From NCBI GenBank assembly GCA_043228905.1, contig JBHGNT010000004.1:19096001-19160000 (forward strand): a stretch of DNA of 64,000 bases. The letters are read 5' to 3'. Source of the DNA: Azolla caroliniana. Its lineage: Eukaryota > Plantae > Polypodiophyta. This document shows positions 48,619 to 60,832 of this stretch, piece by piece. The number at the start of each line of letters is the position of its first letter. The first letter of the stretch is position 1. The notes beneath the pieces are model-generated. The model did no database searches. It worked only from the letters and a program-made list of their open reading frames with translations, and was not told the DNA's origin. Made by a program: the position numbers and the translations under genes.

Positions 48619-51030
48619 CTAAGGGAATTTTTGTCCCAATCTCATAGCTTCGATTTTCTTTGCTTCATTTTGCATGCTAGATGCCACATAAATGTTAATC
48701 ATACATATATACGCCGCCTCACATTTTTTATCCAATCGTATCATATGGTTGAATGCAAGTCTGGCAAGTTCAACATTGCCCCATTTTTTACAAGAACCTA
48801 ACAAGGAAGCCCACAGTGGAAAATGATTATAAACGGGCATCTTACTTATTATAGCCATCACATTCCGAAATAGTCCGGCTCGGCCAAAAAGATCAACCAT
48901 ACAAGTGTAGTGTTCTAGCGTTGCAACGATCCCATGATCAATGCTCATTTTTTCAAAATACATTTGGCCTTTCTCGAGTAGACCCGAATGACTACAGACA
49001 TTAAGCACAATAGTGTACGTGATGTGATTAGGCTCTAGACCCTCTTCGACCATTTTGTCGAATAAGTCCATAACGATCTCATCTCTCCCATGTCGGGCAT
49101 ATCCGGCTATTAATGCAGTCCATGAGACTTCGTCTTGAACTATAAGCTTGTCAAAGACCTCGTGTGCTTTTTGAGGTGCTCCACATTTCGCATATAAATC
49201 TACCAAGGCATTTCCGATCAAAATCTCTCTCTCTACCAATCCTTCTTTATCAATTTGAGCATGTATTGCTTTGCCTTTCTCAATCGCGGCTATGCTTGCG
49301 CAAGCTTTCAATATGCAAATAATAGTGACTACGTCTGGAGAGAATCCTTCATGTTGCATTTTACCAAAACATGCGAGAGCAGCTTCGCCTTCTCCAACGT
49401 GAACATATCCTGAAATAAGAGAATTCCATGAGACCACATCTCGGATCAGGGAGTCATCGAAAACTTTCTGTGATTTTGCTAACATGCCACATCTAGCATA
49501 CATATCCAGCAGTGCATTGCAAAGCAGGACATCTTGTGATAGAGATTCGTTGACAACAATCTTTGCATGTAACTTCTGGCCTTTATCAGATGCTCCTGAT
49601 ATGCCACAAGCTTTCACGACACAAACAAAGGTCACATTATTTGGGCAAATGCCCTCGCATTGCATCCTATCAAAACAATCAAATGCTTCCTCGTCATGCT
49701 CGTATTCAGTAAAAGCAACCATAAGTGTCGTCCACGAGACAACATCTCGAATTGGAAGTAGGTAAAACATTTCTTGTGCCTCCAAAAGTGCACCACATTC
49801 GGCATACATATCGACCAATGAAGTGCCAAGGACAATATCCCTTTCTAATAAATCCTCTTTAGCTATTTCACCATGTATTTCTTTTCCCTTTTCAAGTGCT
49901 CCTATGTGTGCACAAGCTTTCAAGATACAAACAAATGTGAATGAGTCTGGAGAAAGACCTTCATAGTGCATCAGTTGAAAGCAGCATAGTGCTTCCTCAT
50001 AATGTCTATGATCAACATACCCAGCCATTAACACATTCCAAGAGACCACGTCATGAAATAGAAGCTCATTAAACACTTGCTGTGCTTTTACTAGGGCACC
50101 CAATCTAGCATACATGTCAACCAATGCATTTCCAATTGAGTTTTGTTTTTCACTTGGCAACCCATCTTTTACAATCATAGCATGTATTCTTAGACCCTTG
50201 TCATTAGCTCTGGTACTACTACAGGCCTTCAATATGCATGTGAAAGCAACTTCGTTTGGTGCAACACTCTCACACTGCATCCGTTCGAAACAGTCTAATG
50301 CTTCGCAAATGTGGTCATGCTGGACATATCCTACAATCAATGCAGTCCAAGAGACCACATCATGGACCAAAATGTCATTAAACACATCTTGTGCTTTTAC
50401 AAGTACACCACACTTTGCGTACATATTCACCAACGCAGTGGCAATCAATACATTTTCTCTCATCGATCCATCTTCTACAATCTCAGCGTGTATTTTTTCT
50501 CCTTTTTCTATTGCTCCTATGATCCCACATGCCTTTAAGATGCAAAGAAAAGTGATAGCATTCGGAGATATGCCATGTGATTGTAATTGTTCATAATACA
50601 TTATTGCAACTTCACCATGTCCACATCTAACATATCCTGATATCAAAGCTGTCCATGAGACTATATCTCGAACAGGAAGATTATCAAACACCTCTTTAGC
50701 TTTTACAAGACAGCCACATTTTGCATACATATCGATTAACATGCTCCCAACATAATTAGCTTCTTTGCCAAACAACCCACTTTCAAGAATAGTGGCATGT
50801 ATTTTAATACCATTTTCCAGATCTTTTTGCTTTGAACAAGACTTGAGCAATGCCATAAGTGTACCAAAGCCATCTACTTCTTGGTCAATTTTACAGTTAA
50901 GATTCAACAAACATCGCATTTCTTGTGGTTCACAATGAACTGTCCCATTTCTCTTTCTTCTCTTTTCCACTGCATGCTTTCGTGTGGTTTGCCATATCCG
51001 TCTTCCTCTCCAAAGCACGTGGTTCTGCAT
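48619..51030 (-). CDS. PLS-class pentatricopeptide repeat protein with E domain (no DYW), intronless, up to 803 aa
   Basis: Repeating P-L-S triplets (LVDMYAKCG...A..VFD...RDVVSWTALI.GY...P...TF.CILKAC), then HYTCMVDLFGRAG and the E motif WASLLGSCKKWGNVELA...AAYICMINIY. Start codon uncertain. Confidence 0.93.
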   Translation of the reverse strand: MQNHVLWRGRRIWQTTRKHAVEKRRKRNGTVHCEPQEMRCLLNLNCKIDQEVDGFGTLMALLKSCSKQKDLENGIKIHATILESGLFGKEANYVGSMLIDMYAKCGCLVKAKEVFDNLPVRDIVSWTALISGYVRCGHGEVAIMYYEQLQSHGISPNAITFLCILKACGIIGAIEKGEKIHAEIVEDGSMRENVLIATALVNMYAKCGVLVKAQDVFNDILVHDVVSWTALIVGYVQHDHICEALDCFERMQCESVAPNEVAFTCILKACSSTRANDKGLRIHAMIVKDGLPSEKQNSIGNALVDMYARLGALVKAQQVFNELLFHDVVSWNVLMAGYVDHRHYEEALCCFQLMHYEGLSPDSFTFVCILKACAHIGALEKGKEIHGEIAKEDLLERDIVLGTSLVDMYAECGALLEAQEMFYLLPIRDVVSWTTLMVAFTEYEHDEEAFDCFDRMQCEGICPNNVTFVCVVKACGISGASDKGQKLHAKIVVNESLSQDVLLCNALLDMYARCGMLAKSQKVFDDSLIRDVVSWNSLISGYVHVGEGEAALACFGKMQHEGFSPDVVTIICILKACASIAAIEKGKAIHAQIDKEGLVEREILIGNALVDLYAKCGAPQKAHEVFDKLIVQDEVSWTALIAGYARHGRDEIVMDLFDKMVEEGLEPNHITYTIVLNVCSHSGLLEKGQMYFEKMSIDHGIVATLEHYTCMVDLFGRAGLFRNVMAIISKMPVYNHFPLWASLLGSCKKWGNVELARLAFNHMIRLDKKCEAAYICMINIYVASSMQNEAKKIEAMRLGQKFP

Positions 51031-52094
51031 CTCCTACTTATCATCCTCTGACCCTTGAATGCAAAATGGGGAATCCAAGCCATGGATCCTTTTAACAAAA
51101 CCTTCTCCTTCAACGATAGCAGAGCAAATATGTGGTCGTGTGGTGAACAAGAATGCTGTGTTTTACTAGACTTATAGCTTCCTAAAACTCTTCTGCACCG
51201 TGATTGTTGGAGGAAATCCTCTGTTCTATATACATATATGTATGTATCAGTGTCAATCATTTGGATGGATACTCATACATACTGATACAGACACATTTGT
51301 TGTGGGCTATTATGGCATGCACATTGACATGACCATACACCATAGCCAAGGATGTTTTCCATTCATTCCATTTCATGTGTAGTGAGCCCAGGTCTATTTC
51401 TCACTTCACACTCTCTCAGGCCCCATGAAATCCCATGCCCTAAATGTTCGATCGGCAATAACACATTGTATGTTTCAATGAAATTAGGCGTGGTTTAGGG
51501 TTTTTAGGGTTTACGGACACTTCAATCGCCTCTGACATTAGGCATAGTTCCATATATTTATTATTATATGTGGTTGGATTAAATTCATTGTTAAATCACG
51601 AGCAGTGAAAATCTTTGCATGGGTTTTGGTTGTGTTGAAACATATAATGTCTTTAAGTCATTCATAAACATTGTAAGGGCATTTCACATACAACTTGACA
51701 TGTGAAAATCATTGACTTGTCATACGAGCACTTTGTATCACAGTGTTATCAATGTACATATATATATCCTAAGAGTGTGAGTTTAACAACATTGAGTAAA
51801 CCCTCTCATACATTTCTCTTCCGTTCCTTAACTAATAATCACTCCACTGACCTTTTAATGCCCTTATCACCTTTTAATCATTTTCACCTCTATTACTACT
51901 TGGAAGCGAATATGACAACTTTCAGAACGAATAAGGCATCTCCGTGATGACCATGAAATATGGATGTGAATGTCGATGACAAGATAATAGGCTTTCGTAG
52001 CAAGGGGGCAATACAAAACAATATAATATCAGCTTGTGATTAGGCACTACATTGCAAGGATATAATAAACCATTTTTATGAAATCCATTAGTGT

Positions 52095-52558
52095 TGTTAC
52101 GGGCATGACCATATAATATCCTGTGGTAAGAATTTACCGTAGTATTCTATACACGTGAATAAGTGTGAGGGTTAAACGAGAGTGTAAAGAAGGGGAGGAT
52201 TACTTTTAAATCCTCGGGATTGAGACAACCCATTAGGCCAAGTGTGAACTTGCCTAGGGGCCTTGGGTATCGCTATAAATAAGAGGCCTAGCTACCCTCA
52301 TTTGATCATCTTGTTGACTACGTCGAGACTCTGTCTTTTGGTGGGTCAACTCTTGTAGCGAGCGCGCCAGCACCAGGTACGACTCGACGCCACGGCGGTG
52401 GTATGGGACGCTGATCGAGGCTCGAGTCTGTCTCGATCCCTCCACTCAGGAGTGGTCGGGTGGATCGGCACCTTTCTTTCTCTCTCTCCTTTCTAGATCT
52501 ATCTATTCATCTATTTTCTATCTTTATCTCATGCTTACATTAGTCTATGTCTCTAACA
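52095..52558 (+). repeat. Complete LTR in + orientation followed by PBS TGGTATC
   Basis: TGTTAC...CTAACA, TATA box CTATAAAT at about 52273, GT-TGGTATC at 52559-52567. Reverse complement of 57278-57743. Confidence 0.92.
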
Positions 52559-55500
52559 GTTGGTATCTTCGCAACTCATCATGATGTATATTAACATCAA
52601 TCGGGGCTCGTGGTTGAAAACCATACATCAACATAAAAGGACTATATCCTGTCGACGTATGCTTGGAGTTGTTATAAGCAAACTCCAAATTTGGGAGATA
52701 ACGTTCCCATTTTGTTGGTTTTGCACCAACATATGCTCGAAGCATGTCCTCAATAATTTGATTTACTCGTTCTGTTTATCCATCGGATTGAGGATGATCC
52801 GTGGAGCTCATGCTCAACGTAGTTTCTAACTTCTTAAAGACTTGCGTCCAGAAGTCACTAGTAAATTTTGGATCTCGATCACTCACGATATCCATCAGTA
52901 ACCCATTAAAACGAAATAACTTGTCAACGAATTGGTAAGCCAATTCAAGAGTTGTTACCGTGGTTTTAGTAGCAATAAATCTGGCCATTTTAGTTAGTCG
53001 ATCAACCACAACCCAGATGGCATCATGGCCTTTTTGGGTGCGAGGAAGCCTAACAATAAAATCCATGGATATACTTTCCCACTTATTGTTGGGAATGTCC
53101 AAGGGATATAAAAGTCATGCGGCTTTAAGTCGCTCGGCTTTGTTAACCTGACATTGGTGACATTTAGTCACATAGCTATGTATGTCAGGATGCATCTTAG
53201 GCCAATAAAATTGAGTGGAGATGAGAACGAGTGTATGATGTATTCCAAGGTGCCCAGCTGAGGGTGCATCATGGCATTAAAAAAGAATCCTCTTTTTGAC
53301 CTCGAGTAAATCTGGAACACAAACCTTCCCATTACGGTAGAGCAGACAGTTAGCAATGTGGAAGTATTCCTTCGAGGATGTGGTGGTGTCTGTTCCAGAC
53401 TCAACTCTTGCTCAGTATTTTGCAAAATAACTGTCATCAGGATACTTTCCTTGAAGGTGATCATAAAGATCTTATGTTATTTCAATGAAGCTAAGCATGT
53501 TAACTTCACGAATGCAACTTAGTGCATCAGAGACAGTGTTCATGGAACCTTTACGATATCGTATGGAAAAATCAAAGTCCTGGATGAGATCAGCCCATCG
53601 TGCCTTATGACCTTTCAGGTCTTGTTGGTCACAAAAATATTTCAAGGACTCGTGGTCCGTAGTTACCACAAAGCGATTTCCATAAAGATAATGGCACCAT
53701 GTTTTGAGCGCATGTATCAAATAATTCATTTTCTTGAACGGTATACCGACATTGAGCAGAATCAAGTTTCTTACTCTCGAATGCTATTGGTTTACCATCT
53801 TGATATAAGACAGCACCTATAGCATAATCGCTTGCATCAGTTTCAATGTCAAAAGGTTTTGAAGGATCGGGTAAAAGAAGTGAAGGAGCCTTGCATACTA
53901 GGTCCTTGAGTTCCTTAAAGGCGAGGTCTAGTGTAGCATTCCAAACAATAGGTTTTGTAGACTTACGCGTTTGACCTTTTAAAAGATCAATAAACAACGT
54001 CATCAATTGGGAGTAATTACGAAGGGATTTTCGCAAAAACCCAACAAAACCAAGGAATGATCGAACTTCTCGAATATTCCGAAGAGTGGGACAAAGCTTG
54101 ATTTTCTCGATGCAAGAAGGATCAATTGCAACTCCTCGTTCGGTTATGAGATGTCCAAGATAAGTAATTGATTTCTTGAAGAACTCACATTTTGAGATCT
54201 TCGCATAAAACTGTTTGACACGCAATGTTTGTAAAACAAAGCGGACATGTTTAGCATGTTCTTGTACTGTACGACTATAAACTAAAATATCATCCAAGAA
54301 AATAACGACAAATTTTCCAAGTTGTTCTCGGAAAATGTCATTCATTTCTTGTTGAAATGTAGTCGGAGCATTGGTCAAACCAAAAGGCATAACCAGAAAC
54401 TCATAATGGCCATAGCGCATACAAAATGCCGTTTTAGGAACATCGTCCTCACTTATACGAATTTGATGGTAGCCAGTACAAAGATCAAGTTTTGTAAAAT
54501 ACCGAGCTCCCTAGAGACGGTCAATTAGATCGTCAGCCCGGGGCAATGGATACAAATTCTTGATCGTCACTTTATTCAAAATTAATACACATACGCCATG
54601 TGCCCTCTTTCTTTTTAACCAAGAGAACTGGTGCACCCCATGGAGATTTACTATAGCATATATAACCCATTCGTAAATAGTCCTTGAGTTGCTTAGATAC
54701 CTCATCCTCTTCGGATCGACTTAAGCGATAAGGAGGTATACTTATTGGTGCAACGCTAGGTACAATATCTATACGATGGTCTATATTCCGTTTAGGAGGT
54801 AAACCATCTGGTAGTTCACTCGGAAAAACATCACAAAAATCATTTAAGATTTCATCAAGTTGTTGTTGTTCAAAATATGTTAATTGAACCGAGACATTAT
54901 CGATATTGTAAACGTGAATGTCCGGATCAAGTACACAATAAAATAGAGTAGAACAAGACAACTCGGATATTGATGGACACGAGGAAACAATCGAGAGGGA
55001 TTGTTTTTTGACACATTGAATAAAATGAGTACAGTCATTCAGTACAAATGTAATTGAATGATGAACCCAATCAATAGATAAAGAAGAGCTTTTATTATAG
55101 AACCAGGGATAACCCAGTATTACATCAGTGGTACAAAGATTCATTACATGGAAGTCTACTTCCTCTATATAAGTATCAATAGAAATTCCTAATGAATGAA
55201 TTGCCCCGTTGATGTATTGTACTCTTCCATTTGCCAAGTGCACCGTATAGGTCTGATCAGTTACAGTGAGTTGGATTCCCCATACCTGAACCAAACAATC
55301 ATTCACAAAGTTGTGTGAGCTTCCCGAATCAAATAAAAATTGTACGGGAGATGCATTGATATACCCGTTTGCACGTAGTAAATCATTGGGACCCAATACA
55401 TAGTGAGGGAAAGAACATTGACAATTACTTAAATGATGTGTATAGACCTGAAGGACATTAGGAATCTGACCTTTATGGTCTGCAACTTTAGCTTTGTTAT

Positions 55501-56795
55501 CGTGCTCTTTCCGTTGGAGCTTTCGACATTGCTCTTTTGTATGACCCTTCTTTTTGCAGAATACGCAAAAAGGATGTTGTTGCTTACAATCGCGATCCAT
55601 GAATTCGTTGGGTGTCTTGCGTTTCCCAACGAATTGCGACTGCTTAGTCCCGGGCGCTTCGTTGGGTTTGTTGTGGTCCTTCTTCGAAGTGCGTTGATAG
55701 CGAAGAACTATTTCAACGGCCTCTTCGAAGGATTTTGGATCCTTATCATGCACTATCCAATGATAGTCCGAATTGGGGATGACATTGACAAAACAAGCTA
55801 TTAACCAATTGTCCCCTTCTAGACCCGATTTTCGGATTTGGGTTCTAGCATGGTGGACATAATCTTCTAGCGAGGAAAACTTCCTGCTAGAGAGGTTCAT
55901 TAAAGCTTGTGCTGCCTTGGTTCGAGAGGGAGGTTGCAGAAATTGGCCCTTGAAAACTGTGACAAAATCTGTCCAAGTATTGGGCAATTTCCCCAAAGTA
56001 CGGAGCCCACACCACCAGGCGGCGGCCTTACCCCCTAGTTCTCGGCCGACATATGCAATCTTCGTACTATCTGGCGAAAAATACATCTCAATGGACATTT
56101 GTCCAGGAGGATTCCCTTGAGTTCCTTCCACTTGAGCGGATGACATCAGGTCGTTATTTTGAGCCATTAAATGATTATTTCTGGAAAAGAAATAGGATAA
56201 GGTCAAAGAGATAGTCATAACGTCATGTCGTGATGTAAACATATCATGGGCAAACATTAATCGATATCATGATCTCACGTCAATACCCCTCTAGACGTAT
56301 GAGATGAGGCTCAAGATTAGGTTACTATGGTAACACAAAGGTGTTTTAAAAACCATGGGGGTGACAAATAAATGTCTTTCCCCGATCTCTATATTGATTT
56401 TTTTCATGGTGGCTCCTGGAGGCTCAACCATGTATGTTCGCATCATGAATAGTTTATACACGAAAAAAATGTTAACAATAAACTATGTTTCGGGGCCCAC
56501 ATATGTGGTTTCGGCTCTTTAAGTCCTATTACGAGAACCCCGAAGTGCACTTAGACCGCAAGTCTAAACATGTGTTATAGTCATATGTATCAACGATGTT
56601 GTTTGGTCTTGGTCATATTTGAACTCGAGACCTTGAGAACAAATGCATTAAACACTTGAGCCAACCAAGTAGGTTGCTCTTCTTGAATGTTTAATGTTTC
56701 ATGCGTATAAGAGATATGCGAGGCATTTGCCCATATATGTTTTTTAAAATCACGTCATAACTTATATACATATATGTATATTATCACATATATAC

Positions 56796-57182
56796 GATCA
56801 ACTACGTATACACATGACCACATGTACTGATATTAAACAAATCATTATATTTAATAGCCAAAAATGACGTAATCGAGATACGTAATCGAGGCATATACCT
56901 CTACGCACATAAGACATCCAAAAATATGGGTTAATCGTAATACGCAATTGAGGTATTGACCTCTTACACATACGAGACCAAACGCATATATATGATCAAC
57001 TACGTATACACGTGACCACATGTGCCGATATTAAACAAATCATTATATTTAATAGCCAAAAATGACGTAATCGAGATACGTAATCGAGGCATATACCTCT
57101 ACGCACATAAGACATCCAAAAATATGGGTTAATCGTAATACGTAATTGAGGTATTGACCTCTTACGCATACGAGACCAAACG
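56796..57182. repeat. 198-bp period tandem duplication in the gypsy leader region
   Basis: GATCAACTACGTATACAC...GAGACCAAACG starts at 56796 and again at 56994. Partial sub-repeats continue to about 57280. Confidence 0.9.
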
Positions 57183-57277
57183 AATATCATTTACAACGAA
57201 TCAAGGTATTGACCTCATACGCAAACGTAACATATGTTTGTGAACGTAATACGCAATTGAGGTATTAACCTCATGCG

Positions 57278-57743
57278 CATAGACTAATGTAAGCATGAGA
57301 TAAGCATGAGATAAGGATAGAAAATAGATGAATAGATAGATCTAGAAAGGAGAGAGAGAAAGAAGGGTGTCGATTCACTCGACCACCCCCGAGCGAAGGG
57401 ATTGAGACGAACTCGAGCCTCGATCGACATCCCATACCACCGTCGTGGCGTCGAGTCGTACCTGGTGCTGGCACGCTCGCTACAAGAGTTGACCCACCAC
57501 AAGACAGAGTCTCGACGTAGTCAACAAGATGATCAAATGAGGGTAGGTAGGCCTCTTATTTATAGCGATACCCAAGGCCCCCAAGCAAGTTCACACTTGG
57601 CCTAATGGGTTGTCTCAATCCCGAGGATTTAAAAGTAATCCTCCCCTTCTTTACACTCTCATTTAACCCTCACACTTATCCACGTGTATAGAATACTACG
57701 GTAAATTCTTACCACGGAATATTATATGGTCATGCCCGTAACA
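57278..57743 (-). repeat. LTR in - orientation lacking the last 9 nt and PBS
   Basis: Reverse complement aligns to 52095-52549 with roughly 25 mostly transition differences (hand count) and a short duplication. Confidence 0.92.
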
Positions 57744-58401
57744 AGTGTAACCAATAGTCAATGATTGATGTGAATCTATGTCACTTGACCCCTTGGTTAA
57801 ACACTTTTATTACAATTTATAAGCTTTATTCTAGCTTAACTTATCTATGCTAAATAGAGTAGGACACCTAATCAAAGTTAATACTCTATTTAGGATATTT
57901 CCATAGAAACATTAATTTGTACGTGTCTTCTGCCACTATATGCATAATTTGAAATGGCATGCATGTACACTGGGAAACTCTTATCACTCTCATGAATGTA
58001 TGTCATGCACATGTTTATGCATATATTTACATCATAATGCAATCACCCATCCATGTAAATGGAATGAAGTCTTCATTCATTTGTGTCCATACTCTTTGAG
58101 GCCAAATTCATATCACATCAATGAAAGGATTCCATGAATAAGAGTTAAGGAGCATCCCAAACTTTCTTTAATTTTCTTCGTGTCTGGGAATATCCTCAAT
58201 TTAAAAGGAAGTTTAAAAGGTAATGCAAGATAAGGCCACTTTCATACGTAGCTCTGAGTGGCCTACATGATTTCAAAGGTTTAAGTTTACTTGACATTAT
58301 ATTATGATTATGTTCATAGCTTTCATTAGATGACTTATCGTATCATTCATCCAACTTCACTTAATGTTTTATGCTATAATTTATATCATGATTATTAAAT
58401 T

Positions 58402-58618
58402 TACCTTTCCCAACATTTTTACTCTTTTATTTTATCGATGCAACAGTTTGTCGGAAATAAAATTTTCCATCATAAATTATTTCAGCAACTAAAATTCAGT
58501 TTGGAAATTCAATTATACATTATTGATGTTATCATTCAATTTGAAACTTCGGTTCCTGAAAGAAAATTTTACACTTCTTTCATTATGTCATTCAAGTTGA
58601 AACATAGAAGCACACATG

Positions 58619-58662
<44 letters not shown>

Positions 58663-60832
58663 GCCAAAATTATATTGATTGCGTCAAATATTTATTTGTT
58701 CTAACATGAACTTGTAGTTTAGGAGGAGAATGTTGTACATACATACTTGAAAGGTGTATATGGTTTGTTGGTGGTTCATGATAGTAGAAGTTCCTTGACG
58801 TAAATGCAAGGTCTCGAAACAATACTTCTAACTACATTTTGAAGTAATTATGTTGCCTTCATTGATCACTTTCTTTTTCTTTTTTGTATTGAAGCTTGCC
58901 TTTTTATGTTATCAATAGAAAGATAGTAGCTTCAAATATTATTCATACTTTCCCACATATGTATTCATAACAATAGCAAATATGTCATTTCTCCTATTGT
59001 GTACAAGCTAATAGGGTTTACTCCTTTAGGATATCTATATTTACACTCCATAAAAGCAATAAAATCTCAACCTTTGGAGATGGAGACTTGTCTTTTTTGC
59101 TACCATAGCATTTTTGTCACATTGATAGGAAATGTTGTCTTCTCTCTCTCTCTCTCGTTTGTAGATTATGCTTCCTCATCGAGGCCTTTTGTTGAGGTAT
59201 CCCAATAACCCTAGACTCAAATGAACGATAACAAAAGTTTTGCATGCTCCTCAACTATTATTTGTTGAATCCTTTAGTCAATGTGATGTGTTTTCACCTC
59301 ATAGATATACAGATACAAATATATGAAGACTACATTCCATTTGCATGAATGCATGAATGAGGCAAATAAATGCATAAACATGCCCATCATAGACATGGTG
59401 GAGGTAACAAGAATTTTTCTAGGTTTTCATTTTTGTTGCTATAATGATATCATGGCATACTAGTTTTCATTTCCGTTGATGTAGGATATCCTGGCGCACT
59501 ATAGAACTTTGTTCAATTATGTGACTTGAAATAATGAAGATACATTTCTAATGAAGTAATGCTTGCAATTATATTGGGTTTAGCCCATACAAGCAACATA
59601 GCTATGTTGTGACTTCAACTCAAAACAACATATACATATTTGACCCAAGAAATAAAAATATATTATAACAAGTAAAACTAGGAATCTTTGAGCATTTTTT
59701 GGCCTTCCCGCATCCTACATGTCTATTAGTAATCCTATAGATTATTCCATAACGTAAACATGTACAATTGTTTTAATTAGGAAATTTGGATCATTGTTCC
59801 TTTGTTAAAAAATAGTGAGGAACACATAAGAGTATATTTTTTAATAGGTCCTTGGAATTATTAGGGTTTCCTAGAACATAGATCAATATGTTTTGACCAA
59901 GGTGTCTTTTCAGCAAGTCATTCCAAATTCCATGTCTACACCTCATGTGCCATGGATGATGGTATTGTAAATATGGAACTAATAAACATTTTGAATACCT
60001 TAGAATAATGAATTTAAGTGTACATATATCCCTTATTTAATGATCGCTCTGAGCGAGTTTTGATTCCCTGCAATGTTTTACGGTTCAAAAGGGCCTACTT
60101 TTCCTTGGGGGAAATAAGTTTTTTGACCTAAGATTATGATGACACCATGACTTATGATCCCATCCATTGAAGGTCACTCTTTATCTTACAATGTAATTTG
60201 TATTGCTAATAGGAAATCTTACTTTTCCCATCATTTTTACTCTTTATTTTATCAACGTAACCGCTTGTCAGAAATACATATTTGCATCATAACCTATTTC
60301 AATGACTAAAACCGATACCACAAATTCAATCAATATTAGTATTCAAATTGAATCTTCAACTTATGATTTAAAACTATAAACTCTTTGATTTTGTCATATG
60401 TCTTGGATGTGAAAATTGCCACTTTACTTGAACTGCTAAGAAACTACTTCGCTCGGGAAATGGGTTTCCTTGATTATCATACATATTAAATGCAAAGAGT
60501 AATATAATTACAAGGTAGGGATTGGGGAATGTGTGTATACATCACATAAGAGAGAGAGAGAGAGAGGAATCATCTTGTTGATGATTAAGTTGGTTGTTTT
60601 TGATGTCATGGAATTATATGTAATAAGATCATCTGCTCTAATATGCCAAGTAGTTTAGGAGAAGAATGTGGTATATGTTGGGAAATGTGTGTGATAGTGC
60701 AAATGTTTAGACTCAAGGCAATGGGTTGGTGGTTCATAATCACAAAATTTATCTTTGACTAAGATGTAGAGCATCCGAACAATCCTTCTAATTACACTTT
60801 GGAAGATTTGTTTTGCCTCCATTGATCACTTT
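58402..60832. repeat. Old diverged direct duplication (about 58402-58872 and 60219-60832)
   Basis: Shared blocks in the same order: TTTCCCA.CATTTTTACTCTTT, (GA)nGGAA, GTAGTTTAGGAG.AGAATGT, GTTGGTGGTTCAT, AACAAT.CTTCTAA.TACA, TTGCCT.CATTGATCACTTT. Confidence 0.7.

Larger units (their letters stand above)
52095..57743 (-). mobile_element. Ty3/gypsy LTR retrotransposon with inverted LTRs; gag-pol degenerate and truncated in the integrase
   Basis: Minus strand order: gag (CVFCKKKGHTKEQC), PR (LFDSGSSHNF), RT (MPFGLTNAP, FLDDILVYS), RNaseH (ETDASDYAIGAVL), IN (SISMDFI, IVSDRDPKF, HPQSDG). 5-bp TSD AGTGT at 52090-52094 and 57744-57748. Confidence 0.93.

Noticed and set aside
52095-57743. Mutator-like or DIRS-like element suggested by long inverted terminal repeats
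   Set aside because: The repeats are TG...CA LTRs with TATA and PBS, the TSD is 5 bp, and the interior is gypsy gag-PR-RT-RH-IN with no DNA transposase or tyrosine recombinase.
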